The notes under the pieces: model-generated | Database searches by the model: none | Seen by the model: the letters and a program-made list of their open reading frames with translations, nothing else | Told to the model about the DNA's origin: nothing | Part shown: piece by piece, positions 45,721 through 55,771 of the stretch | Layout of the letters: every line of letters starts with the position of its first letter | Numbering within the stretch: position 1 is the stretch's first letter | Made by a program: the position numbers and the translations under genes | From: Patescibacteria group bacterium | Lineage (GTDB): Bacteria; Patescibacteriota; Patescibacteriia; UBA1558; GWA2-36-10 | DNA: 64,000 nt | Direction of reading: 5' to 3' | Assembly: GCA_018819405.1 (NCBI GenBank) | Contig: JAHJQF010000001.1 | Coordinates: forward strand, 665,676-729,675

Positions 45721-48162
45721 TTGATGTCAATCAAAGATACTAAAAATATCTATGAGCTTAAACAAGAACTTTTAGAGGAGTTGGATGATTTTTTGGTAGA
45801 TGAAAATTTAGTTGGGCTTGTAAAAACTGAAAAAAAGAAAAAAGCTTTAGAGGAGTTGGATAAGCTTATTAAGCAGGATTTGTCATATCCTCAGATTTTA
45901 TCTGCTTTGAAAAAAGATGTTAAAGAAGAGATAGTCACAGAGCCAAAAGCTAACAATAGCTCTATTGCATCTCCATCTAACCATGTTTTAGATCTGAGGA
46001 GTAATAAAAATTCTCCCAAATCCAAAGAATCTGTCTTTAAAAAATATCAGGGCAGTTGGCAGAGGACAGTTGAAAAAATAAACAACCCAAAATTAAAAAA
46101 AGCAAAAACTCAACAAATAGTGCCTAAAGAACCAACTAATAAGACTTCTAAAATAGCTTTTTATGTGCCAGCTATTGGCTTATCAGCTTTAGCTAGCCGT
46201 TTGGCGGTCTTTGTTCTAGTTTTGGCTGTGATATTGATGCCTATTCGAGCTCTAGTCTTTTATGGTCAAATAAAAGATGATAAGGCTAAAATTATTGATC
46301 TTGGGCAACGTGGCATGTTGAGTTTAGAATCGGGTGTGATATTGGCTTCAGAAAATTCCTATCAAGAAGCTCAATCCAACTTTGATGAGGCTCTAGACAA
46401 TTTTTCTCAAGCTCGTCAGGTATTGGATGAATACCACAAATGGATGCTTAATGCAGCCGGTGTACTACCAATAGTTGGCAAGCCAATATCATTGAGTTCC
46501 AATATGTTGAATATTGCTAGCAATATTTCTGAAGCCGCTGGTATATTGAGTCAAAAAATGCAAAATAATGAGAGTCCAACTGATTATATTGCAGTTTTAA
46601 ATACACAAATTGATAAAACATTACCATATTTGGAAAAGGCAAATAAAGACTTGGACGGCATCTCTAGTAATATACTACCAGCCAACATGCAAGTTTATTT
46701 TGATAGTTTGAAAGATTATTTACCTTCTACTATTGAGAGCCTAAAAAGTTTAAATCAAACTTTTGATACTATACTACCACTCTTGGGTCATGATGCAGAA
46801 AAAAGATATTTAGTACTTTTCCAAAACAATCACGAGCTTAGACCAACTGGTGGTTTTGTTGGTAGTTTTGCGATGTTTGATGTTTACCGAGGTAAAATTG
46901 TAAATTTGGATATTCCAGAAGGGGGTTTGTATGATTTGGAAGCTGGTCAAGGTCCGGCCATCAAAGCCCCAGATGCTTTGTCGCTTATAAATTCTCATTT
47001 TAATATTTGGGATGCCAACTGGTGGTATGATTTTCCAAGCTCTGCCAAAAAAATTACTTGGTTTTATAACCAAGCAGGGCAATCTTCTATAGATGGTGTG
47101 ATAGCTATAAATGCAGATGTCCTCCAAGATTTATTGGCTGTATTAGGCCCTATTAGATTAGATGGATATAATCTTACTATAGACCAGTTCAATGTATTTG
47201 AAGTTTTACAGGAAGAAGTAGAATTAAATTATGATAAAGAAGAAAATAAACCAAAAGCCGTAGTAGCAGATTTGGTGCCAATAGTTTTAGAAAGGCTTTT
47301 GTCAAATACTGAAAAGCAAAAAGAAATAGTCTCAGTTTTGGTCCAGACCTTGGCCAAAAAAGATATACAAATTTATAGTAATCATCCTGATATTCAATCA
47401 CAAATTGCTGACTTTGGTTGGGCCGGTCAGGCCTTATCGACCAATCGTGATTATTTGGCGGTCATCAATACCAATATTGGTGGTGGTAAAACAGATAATT
47501 ATATATACCAAACTATTGACCACCAAGCTGAGATAATGCCAAACGGTGAGATTATTGATACAGTGCGTATCACCAGATCACATCGTGGAGATAAAGATAA
47601 CCCTTTTGCCGGCTTAGACGGAGGTAATTTTAGTTATATAAGGGTATATACACCCTTAGGCAGTGATTTTATCCAAGCTATTGGTTTTGATAGTAGGCCA
47701 TTTTCTTATATCCAAGCTGATAATAATGCTCAATTAGATCCAGATATTGCCCAAGAAGAATATAAAATGATTGATAGTGAGTCATCAACTGAGATATTTT
47801 CTAGTTTGGACAAAACAGTTTTTGCTGGTTGGACAGCTTTAAAGCCCGGAGAAACAAAAACAGTTTCTATCAAATATAAATTACCTTTTAAACTCAATAC
47901 ATCTGATCCTTTGATCAACGATTGGTGGCAGAAAATTTTGAAAAAAGATATTCGTCTTGATAATTACAGCCTCTTGGTCCAGTCACAGTCTGGCTTAAAA
48001 AATAATATATTTTATTCCTCAATCCTGTTACCAAATAATTTAAAAGTAATTTTTAATAATGCTACAGACAGTGATAGTCTCAATATTACCAATGACTTGA
48101 TAACATATAGTACCGAACTTGTCCGAGATCAATATTTTGGCTTTATTGTAGCTAGTAAATAA
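45721..48162 (+). CDS. Membrane-anchored protein with a large extracytoplasmic DUF4012-like domain.
   Basis: A cytoplasmic coiled coil is followed by one transmembrane segment (IAFYVPAIGLSALASRLAVFVLVLAVILMPI). The downstream region contains YLVLFQNNHELRPTGGFVGSFAMFDVYRGKI, recalled as DUF4012-like. The family assignment is from memory and uncertain. Confidence 0.45.
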   Translation: MMSIKDTKNIYELKQELLEELDDFLVDENLVGLVKTEKKKKALEELDKLIKQDLSYPQILSALKKDVKEEIVTEPKANNSSIASPSNHVLDLRSNKNSPKSKESVFKKYQGSWQRTVEKINNPKLKKAKTQQIVPKEPTNKTSKIAFYVPAIGLSALASRLAVFVLVLAVILMPIRALVFYGQIKDDKAKIIDLGQRGMLSLESGVILASENSYQEAQSNFDEALDNFSQARQVLDEYHKWMLNAAGVLPIVGKPISLSSNMLNIASNISEAAGILSQKMQNNESPTDYIAVLNTQIDKTLPYLEKANKDLDGISSNILPANMQVYFDSLKDYLPSTIESLKSLNQTFDTILPLLGHDAEKRYLVLFQNNHELRPTGGFVGSFAMFDVYRGKIVNLDIPEGGLYDLEAGQGPAIKAPDALSLINSHFNIWDANWWYDFPSSAKKITWFYNQAGQSSIDGVIAINADVLQDLLAVLGPIRLDGYNLTIDQFNVFEVLQEEVELNYDKEENKPKAVVADLVPIVLERLLSNTEKQKEIVSVLVQTLAKKDIQIYSNHPDIQSQIADFGWAGQALSTNRDYLAVINTNIGGGKTDNYIYQTIDHQAEIMPNGEIIDTVRITRSHRGDKDNPFAGLDGGNFSYIRVYTPLGSDFIQAIGFDSRPFSYIQADNNAQLDPDIAQEEYKMIDSESSTEIFSSLDKTVFAGWTALKPGETKTVSIKYKLPFKLNTSDPLINDWWQKILKKDIRLDNYSLLVQSQSGLKNNIFYSSILLPNNLKVIFNNATDSDSLNITNDLITYSTELVRDQYFGFIVASK

Positions 48163-48173
48163 TTTTTTATATC

Positions 48174-49763
48174 ATGTGGCGGAAGCTGTGGTACAAAATC
48201 AATAACACAGTCACAGGGGGTGCATTTATAATCGCCTGTTTTTCTTTTTTGGCCAAAATAATTGCTTTGTTTAGAGAGAGACTTATTGCTCACAATTTTG
48301 GCGCCAGTGAGATATCTGATGTTTACTACGCAGCTTTTCGTCTGCCTGATCTTATATTCAATACTTTGGTCTTAGGAGCTCTTACCTCGGCCTTTATCCC
48401 TGTCTTTCAAAAAGTCTGGCGCAAAGATAAGGAAGAGGGGATTTATCTTTCAAATTCAGTCTTGAATTTTTTCTTATTGTTTGTTGGGGTTTTGGTTATA
48501 TTGGCGATTATTTTTGCTGATAGAATAATGCCTCTTATTACACCAGGGTTTTCCGAATGGCAGATGACCGAGCTTATAAGATTGACCAGAATTATGCTTT
48601 TGGCCGTTATATTTTTTGTAATCTCCAATGTAGTGGGTGGAGTATTGAATTCTATGAAAAGATTTTTTAGTTTTTCTTTGGCTGCTAGTTTTTACAATAT
48701 TGGTATTATCATCGGAATTGTGTATTTTTATAAGATATATGGCCTCTTGGGTTTAGCTTATGGAGTTTTATTAGGCGCTGTACTTCATCTTTTAGTTCAA
48801 CTGCCAGAAATTATAAAAAATGGTTGGCGTTATAAATTAGTTTTAACCTTTGATAAAAATCTTTTTAAGATATTAAAACTAATGTTGCCTCGGACAATTG
48901 GTTTGGCAGCCGGTCAAGTCAATTTGATTGCCATTACCATGATTGCTTCTACTCTTAGTGTTGGTAGTATTGCCGTTTTTAATTTAGCTAATAATTTGCA
49001 AAGTTTGCCGGTCAGTTTATTTGCTGTGTCATTGGCAGTGGCAGTATTTCCGACTTTTACTCAGGCGGCTAGTGAAAAAAATGATGCTATGTTTGCTGAA
49101 AATTTTTCCAAAAGTTTTAGGCGGATATTATTTTTATTGATTCCCACTTCAGTTTTATTAGTTATTTTACGAGCTCAGATAGTGCGTGTCATATTAGGCA
49201 CCGGGGCATTTAGCTGGTCCAATACTGCTGATACAGCTCAAGCGCTGGGCTTTTTTGCCATATCTATATTTGCTCAGGGGCTTATACCACTCTTGGCTAG
49301 ATCTTTTTATGCATATGAGGACACCAAGACGCCAATGACAATTAGTATTTTTAGTATTGCTTTAAATATTGTTTTATCTTGGTATCTGGCCAAAATTTAT
49401 GGAGTAGTTGGTCTAGCATTGTCATTTAGTATCAGTAGTATATTAAATATGTTCTTATTATACGTGACTTTAAATTTGAAAGTACAAAATCTTGATACTA
49501 ATAAAATAGTTAATTCATTACTTAAAATTTTATTTAATTCATTTTTTGCCGCTTCAGTAACCTACGCCGGCCTTCATTTGTTTGCTCCATTGGTAGATAT
49601 GCGTACCTTTTTAGGTATATTTTTGCAAGGCTTGGCCGCCGGCTCACTGGGCTTGATAACTTACTTAGTTTTAGGTATAGTATTCAAACTAGATGAGTTA
49701 GCAATTGTAAAACAGTTATTAAAGAGGTCATTATTATTGTTTAAAAATGGAAAACATACGTAA
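48174..49763 (+). CDS. murJ: Lipid II flippase MurJ (MviN).
   Basis: The N-terminus FRERLIAHNFGASEISDVYYAAFRLPDLIFNTLVLGALTSAFIPVFQ matches MurJ. It has about 14 transmembrane helices. Confidence 0.85.
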   Translation: MWRKLWYKINNTVTGGAFIIACFSFLAKIIALFRERLIAHNFGASEISDVYYAAFRLPDLIFNTLVLGALTSAFIPVFQKVWRKDKEEGIYLSNSVLNFFLLFVGVLVILAIIFADRIMPLITPGFSEWQMTELIRLTRIMLLAVIFFVISNVVGGVLNSMKRFFSFSLAASFYNIGIIIGIVYFYKIYGLLGLAYGVLLGAVLHLLVQLPEIIKNGWRYKLVLTFDKNLFKILKLMLPRTIGLAAGQVNLIAITMIASTLSVGSIAVFNLANNLQSLPVSLFAVSLAVAVFPTFTQAASEKNDAMFAENFSKSFRRILFLLIPTSVLLVILRAQIVRVILGTGAFSWSNTADTAQALGFFAISIFAQGLIPLLARSFYAYEDTKTPMTISIFSIALNIVLSWYLAKIYGVVGLALSFSISSILNMFLLYVTLNLKVQNLDTNKIVNSLLKILFNSFFAASVTYAGLHLFAPLVDMRTFLGIFLQGLAAGSLGLITYLVLGIVFKLDELAIVKQLLKRSLLLFKNGKHT

Positions 49764-51522
49764 TTTTTGCATAATTGCCCATATAGACCATGGTAAATCT
49801 ACTTTAGCAGATAGAATGTTGGAGATTACCGGTACAGTAGAAAAACGAAGAATGAAGGCTCAACTGCTTGATCAGATGGACCTAGAAAGAGAAAGGGGTA
49901 TTACTATCAAACTTCAGCCGGCCAGAATGATGTGGCAAGGTAAAATTTTGAATTTGATAGATACACCGGGGCATGTTGATTTTAGCTATGAAGTATCACG
50001 TTCTTTGGCGGCGGTAGAAGGAGCTATATTATTGGTGGATGCTACTCAAGGTGTAGAAGCTCAGACTCTAGCCAACCTTTATTTAGCTGTTGATCAAAAC
50101 CTGGATATTATATCAGTAATAAATAAAATTGATTTACCAGCTGCTGATGTCGAAAAGGTTACTACCGAGATTATAAACCTATTGGGTTGTCAAAAAGATG
50201 ACATCCTACATGTGTCGGCCAAAACAGGGCAGGGGGTAGATAAGGTATTAGATAAAATTGTAGATAAAATTAAAACACCTCAGGACAATAATCCGGATTT
50301 GCAGGCTTTAATTTTTGATTCGGCTTATGATGAATATAGGGGTGTGGTTATATATACTAGAGTTTTTGGTGGTAGAATAAAAAAAGGTGACAAAATAAAA
50401 TTTGTAGCCAATCAAGAAGAAACTGAAGTTTTGGATGTGGGTTATTTTGTACCAAGCTGGCAAAGCTCCGGTAAACTAGAAAATGGTGAAATTGGGTATT
50501 TGGTAACTGGTATAAAAAACTTAGAAAAAGCCAAAGTAGGAGATACTATAGTTTCTTATGATAAGAATACAGCCGCTTTGCCTGGCTATAAACAAATCAA
50601 GCCGGTGGTTTATGCTGGTATATTTCCTCAGGAAGGCAGTCAATATCAGAGACTTAGAGAGGCTATCTTAAAGCTAAAACTCAGTGACGCCAGTTTGGTG
50701 TTTGAGCCAGCTAGCTCTGTGGCTCTTGGTTTTGGTTTTAGGTGTGGTTTTCTTGGGCTTTTACATTTGGAAATATTTCAAGAAAGACTAAAAAGAGAAC
50801 ACAAATTAGATCTTATTGTCACTACGCCAACCGTAGCTTATAAAATATTTTTGACAAACGGACAAACTCAAGTCTTGACCTCTCCATCTGATCTGCCGGA
50901 GCACAGTAAAATAGCTTATATAGAAGAGCCATATATGCATATTGAAGTGATTAGTCCCAAAAAATATATGGGTTCACTAATGGAATATATAATTTCCCAA
51001 AAAGGTATTTCCAAAAGCACAGAGTTTATTGATGAGGGTAGACTTATTTTACGCTTTGATATACCTCTAGCTAGTATTTTGGTGGATTTTTATGACAACA
51101 TAAAAAGTATTTCATCCGGCTATGCGTCCTTAAATTATGATTTGGCAGATTATCGCAAGTGTGAAATTGTAAAAATGGATATATTGGTAGCCGAACAGCC
51201 AGTAGAAGCTCTGACTACGCTGGTCTACAAAGACGAAGCACATCAGATTGGTAAAAGGATTGTCAACAAACTAAAAGAAGTATTGCCTCGCCAACAGTTT
51301 GCTCTCAAATTGCAAGCTGCCGTGGGAGGGAAAATAGTGGCCGGTGAAAAACTCTCAGCTCTGAGAAAAGATGTTACGGCAAAACTGTATGGCGGTGATG
51401 TCACTCGTAAGCGAAAACTTTTGGAAAAACAAAAAAAGGGCAAGAAAAAAATGGCCCAAATTGGCAAAGTAGAAATACCCCAGGAAGCCTATCTGGCAGT
51501 CCTTAAAAAAGACAATCGTTAG
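49747..51522 (+). CDS. lepA: Elongation factor 4 (LepA).
   Basis: The G-domain IRNFCIIAHIDHGKSTLADRMLEITG and DTPGHVDFSYEV are present. The LepA-specific C-terminus YGGDVTRKRKLLEKQKKGKKKM is present. Length is 591 aa. Confidence 0.9.
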   Translation: MENIRNFCIIAHIDHGKSTLADRMLEITGTVEKRRMKAQLLDQMDLERERGITIKLQPARMMWQGKILNLIDTPGHVDFSYEVSRSLAAVEGAILLVDATQGVEAQTLANLYLAVDQNLDIISVINKIDLPAADVEKVTTEIINLLGCQKDDILHVSAKTGQGVDKVLDKIVDKIKTPQDNNPDLQALIFDSAYDEYRGVVIYTRVFGGRIKKGDKIKFVANQEETEVLDVGYFVPSWQSSGKLENGEIGYLVTGIKNLEKAKVGDTIVSYDKNTAALPGYKQIKPVVYAGIFPQEGSQYQRLREAILKLKLSDASLVFEPASSVALGFGFRCGFLGLLHLEIFQERLKREHKLDLIVTTPTVAYKIFLTNGQTQVLTSPSDLPEHSKIAYIEEPYMHIEVISPKKYMGSLMEYIISQKGISKSTEFIDEGRLILRFDIPLASILVDFYDNIKSISSGYASLNYDLADYRKCEIVKMDILVAEQPVEALTTLVYKDEAHQIGKRIVNKLKEVLPRQQFALKLQAAVGGKIVAGEKLSALRKDVTAKLYGGDVTRKRKLLEKQKKGKKKMAQIGKVEIPQEAYLAVLKKDNR

Positions 51523-51665
51523 TAGCTACCAGAGCCAATAGAAGATCCTAAAGTCCACATTATCATAGAAAATATGATAAATATTGAAAAAATAATCCAA
51601 ATAATTCTTTGAGTTTTTCTTTTCATCTGGCTAAAAATTAATTATCAAATAATTTTTCTTTCAGG

Positions 51666-52112
51666 GTGCATAATATGGATAATTTTAACAAATTTTTACA
51701 TTCAGGGGAAGAGCTAGTAACGATAGTTAGGTCAAAATCAGCCTCATACAATATTTTTTTAACTATTAGCCTTATTTTATTAGCTTTTTTTATGTTATTT
51801 CCTATGTGGAAAGTAGGTAGGCAGGGATTTTGGCTATGGATTTTTTTAGTATTTTTTTTGATTTATTTATTAATCACACAAATTTTAAACAAGGAAAGTC
51901 TGTATTTAATCACTAACCGGCGTATAATCCACCTAAAAATATATACTAAAGATGATTACAAATCTGCTGGCTCGGTAAAAATAAATCAAATAGAAAATAT
52001 AAAAAAACAAAATAATACTATACAAATTTTTATAAACAACAAAAAATATTACCTTACTAACATTGAAAAAGCTGACAAGGTATATAATTTTATAAAGTCC
52101 AAAATTTTATAG
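51666..52112 (+). CDS. Small membrane protein with a bacterial PH-like (bPH_2/YdbT-like) domain.
   Basis: Two transmembrane helices are followed by LYLITNRRIIHLKIY. Confidence 0.4.
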   Translation: MHNMDNFNKFLHSGEELVTIVRSKSASYNIFLTISLILLAFFMLFPMWKVGRQGFWLWIFLVFFLIYLLITQILNKESLYLITNRRIIHLKIYTKDDYKSAGSVKINQIENIKKQNNTIQIFINNKKYYLTNIEKADKVYNFIKSKIL

Positions 52113-52148
52113 CTATGATTGTAGCCTAAAAAATGTTATAATATAGCC

Positions 52149-52622
52149 ATGCCAGAAGTTTTGGAACCAAAGATATTGAAAGTTGAAAAAATGCCGGCTC
52201 CGGAAACATCTCCAGAGCAAATTTCTAGTTCTGAAAAAAATTCGGAAAAAATGCCGACTTTGGATAAAGAAAGCCAACAAGTATCAGAAATTTCTTTGCC
52301 ACAAACTCCAACAAACCAGGCCATAGTATCAGATGATGAAATGGTTTTGCAAAAAGTGGAAAATATTTTATCAGCAAATATGGATAAAGTATTTTTGTCA
52401 CTAGATATTTCTATGCAGACTAGATTTAAAATCAAAGGTGAAGAAACGGCCAAAAAAATATCTGGACTTTTAAGAAATACCAGTGTCAAAACAAAAGATA
52501 TCTTATCCCTTATACTTGAATGGTTACGTATTGTCCCTAAAATTAATAAGCATTTTTTGGAGCAAGAAGCAAAAATAAAAACTGATAATATATTAAAACT
52601 TCATAAAGAAAAACAAAATTAA
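52149..52622 (+). CDS. Hypothetical acidic protein, 157 aa.
   Basis: An ORF directly upstream of the VirB4-like ATPase. No family was recognised. Confidence 0.35.
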   Translation: MPEVLEPKILKVEKMPAPETSPEQISSSEKNSEKMPTLDKESQQVSEISLPQTPTNQAIVSDDEMVLQKVENILSANMDKVFLSLDISMQTRFKIKGEETAKKISGLLRNTSVKTKDILSLILEWLRIVPKINKHFLEQEAKIKTDNILKLHKEKQN

Positions 52623-52625
52623 ATC

Positions 52626-55097
52626 ATGCTAGATTACATTGTTATAGGGTTTATAATATTATTTTTCTTAACCGTAATAACTATTCTATTACGCTGGCTT
52701 TACATACGTTGGGGTGACAAAAGTAACAAAGGAGTATCCTTTGTTGTTTTACGTATAAAGGTTCCCCAATATTCTACTCAAGAAAAAGACAAAGAAAATA
52801 AGGAATATATCCAAAATAGTTTAGGTCAAATTGAAAATTTTTTTACAGTGCTAAGTGGCTTAAAGGCTCAGCGCAAAATAAGACGAACTGATTTATTTTC
52901 TATAGAGCTGGTCTCAGATAGTGGTATTATAAATATATATGCTGCTATGCCACCATCTTTAAAGGATTTTTTTGTGGAACACTTGCAATCTGTCTACCCA
53001 CATATACATTATGAAGAAGTGAGTGATTATAATATATTTCAGCCAAATGGCGTGATACTTGCCGGATCTCTTCGTTTTGCTAGGGATTATAGTCTACCTA
53101 TTAGGACTTACCGTAAGTTTGAAAATGACCCAATGGAGTCAATTACTAATGCTTTGAGTAAGCTAAATGAAAATGAAGGCGCGGCAATTCAATATGTTTT
53201 CCGTTCGTCTAAGTCAAAATGGCATTCTCGTGGCCGAAAAATAGCTCAGCATATGCACCGGGGCTTGACTTATAATGAGGCTTTGAAAAAAGCGGGGGGA
53301 GGGGGAGGATTTTTTAATACTAGCGCCAAAATTTTTGGTTTTTTTATAGATTTCTTTACAACTCGTGATCCTAATAAAGAAAAAGAAAAAACACCAGAAC
53401 CACAGCCATTATCTGCTATGGAGCAAGAAAGAGCCAAAGGTATGGAAGAAAAAACTGCCAAATCAGGTTTGGATGTCAATATTCGGATGGTTGTTTCTAC
53501 ACCATCTAAGGAAAGATCTACAGCCATTCTTTCAGATATAATGAATAGTTTTTCCCAATACAATATATATGAATTTGGTAATAGTTTCAAAATTTTTTTA
53601 CCGAGAAATATTGATACTTATGTAGAACATTTTATATACAGACATTTTGTTCCTCAAAACAGTATGCTTCTCAATTCTGAAGAAATGACCAGCGTTGTCC
53701 ACTTACCTATACCTGGCACTCATACTCCAAACATTGATTGGTTAGGAGCAGTGGAAGCTGCCCCACCAACCAATATGCCTACTGAGGGTATTATTTTAGG
53801 TTTAAATACTTATCGTGGTAAAAAGACTGTAGTGCGTATAAAAGATGAGGATAGGCGTCGTCATATGTATGAGATTGGTCAAACGGGCACTGGTAAATCC
53901 GTATTTTTAGAAAGTCTAGTTATTCAGGATATAGAAGCTGGCAGAGGCGTTTGTGTCTTAGATCCACACGGCGACCTAGTAGAAAAAGTCTTGGCCCATA
54001 TTCCAAAAGAAAGAGCTGAAGATGTAATTCTTTTTGATCCCTCTGATGTTGGTAGACCAATGGGTATGAATATGTTGGAATTTGAGACTGAAGAACAAAA
54101 AAGTTTTGTGATCAATGAAATGATTGCTATTTTTGATAAATTATATGATCTCAAAGCAACAGGTGGGCCTATGTTTGAGCAGTATATGAGAAATGCCATG
54201 TTGCTTATTATGGAAGACAAAGAATCCGGGGCAACACTTTTAGAAATCCCCAAAGTTTTATCGGATAGTTTATATAGGAAACAAAAATTAGAAAAAGTAA
54301 AAAACTATTTAGTTCGTGATTTTTGGGAAAAAGAAGCCCAAAAAGCTGGTGGTGAAGCATCACTTGCCAATATGGTACCTTATATCACCAGTAAGCTGAC
54401 ACCTTTTCTTTCCAACGACCTTATTCGTCCTATTGTTTCTCAGGAAAAGAGCGCTTTCAATTTCAGAAAAGCCATGGATGAAGATAAGATTATTTTGGTC
54501 AACCTGTCTAAAGGTAAGATTGGTGATATGAATAGTAGTTTGCTGGGTATGATTGTGATTGGTAAAATACTATATGCTGCTTTGAGCAGAGTAGACATGC
54601 CAGAAGACCAACGAAAAGATTTTTATCTTTATATTGATGAGTTTCAAAATTATATTACCGATAGTATTTCTGTAATTTTATCAGAAGCTAGAAAATATAA
54701 ATTAAATCTTATTTTGGCTCATCAATTTTTGGCTCAGTTGGTCAAAAATAATGATACCCGAATCAAGGATGCTGTGTTTGGAAATGTAGGCACTATAATT
54801 TCCTATAGGATAGGTGTAGATGATGCTGAGGTAATAGCCAAACAAATGGCTCCAGTTGTATCAGAATATGATCTGTTAAACATGCCCAAGTATACCTGTT
54901 ATGTAAAACTTTTGATAGATAATCAAAATCCACCAGCTTTCAATTTTATGCCTGTTTTACCTGAAAAAGGAAATTATGAATTAGCCAAAACAATCAAAGA
55001 GTTGTCTCGCTTAAAGTATGGTAGAGATAAACAAGTAGTGGAAAATGAGATCAGAATACGTTCAAATATTGTAGCTGATCCACCAAAAGTGGCCTAA
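52626..55097 (+). CDS. Membrane-anchored VirB4/TraC/HerA-class P-loop ATPase (type IV secretion-like).
   Basis: An N-terminal transmembrane segment and a domain of about 400 aa are followed by Walker A YEIGQTGTGKSVFLE, then VCVLDPHGDLVE (the D-x-G-D/E motif typical of VirB4/HerA). Walker B is FYLYIDEFQNYI. The C-terminus has LNLILAHQFLAQL. Length is 823 aa. Confidence 0.5.
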   Translation: MLDYIVIGFIILFFLTVITILLRWLYIRWGDKSNKGVSFVVLRIKVPQYSTQEKDKENKEYIQNSLGQIENFFTVLSGLKAQRKIRRTDLFSIELVSDSGIINIYAAMPPSLKDFFVEHLQSVYPHIHYEEVSDYNIFQPNGVILAGSLRFARDYSLPIRTYRKFENDPMESITNALSKLNENEGAAIQYVFRSSKSKWHSRGRKIAQHMHRGLTYNEALKKAGGGGGFFNTSAKIFGFFIDFFTTRDPNKEKEKTPEPQPLSAMEQERAKGMEEKTAKSGLDVNIRMVVSTPSKERSTAILSDIMNSFSQYNIYEFGNSFKIFLPRNIDTYVEHFIYRHFVPQNSMLLNSEEMTSVVHLPIPGTHTPNIDWLGAVEAAPPTNMPTEGIILGLNTYRGKKTVVRIKDEDRRRHMYEIGQTGTGKSVFLESLVIQDIEAGRGVCVLDPHGDLVEKVLAHIPKERAEDVILFDPSDVGRPMGMNMLEFETEEQKSFVINEMIAIFDKLYDLKATGGPMFEQYMRNAMLLIMEDKESGATLLEIPKVLSDSLYRKQKLEKVKNYLVRDFWEKEAQKAGGEASLANMVPYITSKLTPFLSNDLIRPIVSQEKSAFNFRKAMDEDKIILVNLSKGKIGDMNSSLLGMIVIGKILYAALSRVDMPEDQRKDFYLYIDEFQNYITDSISVILSEARKYKLNLILAHQFLAQLVKNNDTRIKDAVFGNVGTIISYRIGVDDAEVIAKQMAPVVSEYDLLNMPKYTCYVKLLIDNQNPPAFNFMPVLPEKGNYELAKTIKELSRLKYGRDKQVVENEIRIRSNIVADPPKVA

Positions 55098-55179
55098 TTT
55101 ATCTACATTGCCAAGAGGTATAATTTATGATAAATTTATAGGGCAAATAAGTTTGCAAAAGCGATAAATAAAAACAAAA

Positions 55180-55764
55180 ATGGCAAACACAAAAAAAATC
55201 AAAGATTTAGAAGCTTTGGTATATAATCTAGAATTGGAACTCAAAAAAACCAAACAAGTTTTGGGTGAGCTGAGCGGAAAAAGCGGCCGAGAGTCAATTG
55301 ATTATTCATTACGGGCGGCTGAACTAGGCAGTGAAAAAGACACTGATAATGGTTTGATTATTGAAGGAGTTTTCAACGGGCAGATAATGATTGGTCCAGA
55401 TGGCAAACAATATAGTGTGCCAGCCAATTATGCTTCAAAATCCAAGTTAGTTGAAGGAGATATACTAAAACTTACTATAATAAACGACGGTTCTTTTATT
55501 TTCAAACAAATATCGCCAGTGGAAAGAAGGCGAATGGTTGGCCATTTGATCAAAGACAAAAAAACCAATGATTTTGTGGTATTGTCTGGAGACAAGATTT
55601 ATAAAGTATTAATGGCTTCCGTTACTTATTTCAAAGGTGAAGAAGGTGATGAAGTGGTTATTTTGGCGCCCAAGGACTCTGATAGTAACTGGGCGGCTGT
55701 GGAAAATATAGTCAAAAATAATAATACAACAACTTCTACTGACGATTTCGAACTTAGTTTGTAA
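55180..55764 (+). CDS. Hypothetical protein with an N-terminal coiled coil, 194 aa.
   Basis: An ORF lying between the ATPase and dnaX. No family was recognised. Confidence 0.4.
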   Translation: MANTKKIKDLEALVYNLELELKKTKQVLGELSGKSGRESIDYSLRAAELGSEKDTDNGLIIEGVFNGQIMIGPDGKQYSVPANYASKSKLVEGDILKLTIINDGSFIFKQISPVERRRMVGHLIKDKKTNDFVVLSGDKIYKVLMASVTYFKGEEGDEVVILAPKDSDSNWAAVENIVKNNNTTTSTDDFELSL

Positions 55765-55771
55765 CTTAATT

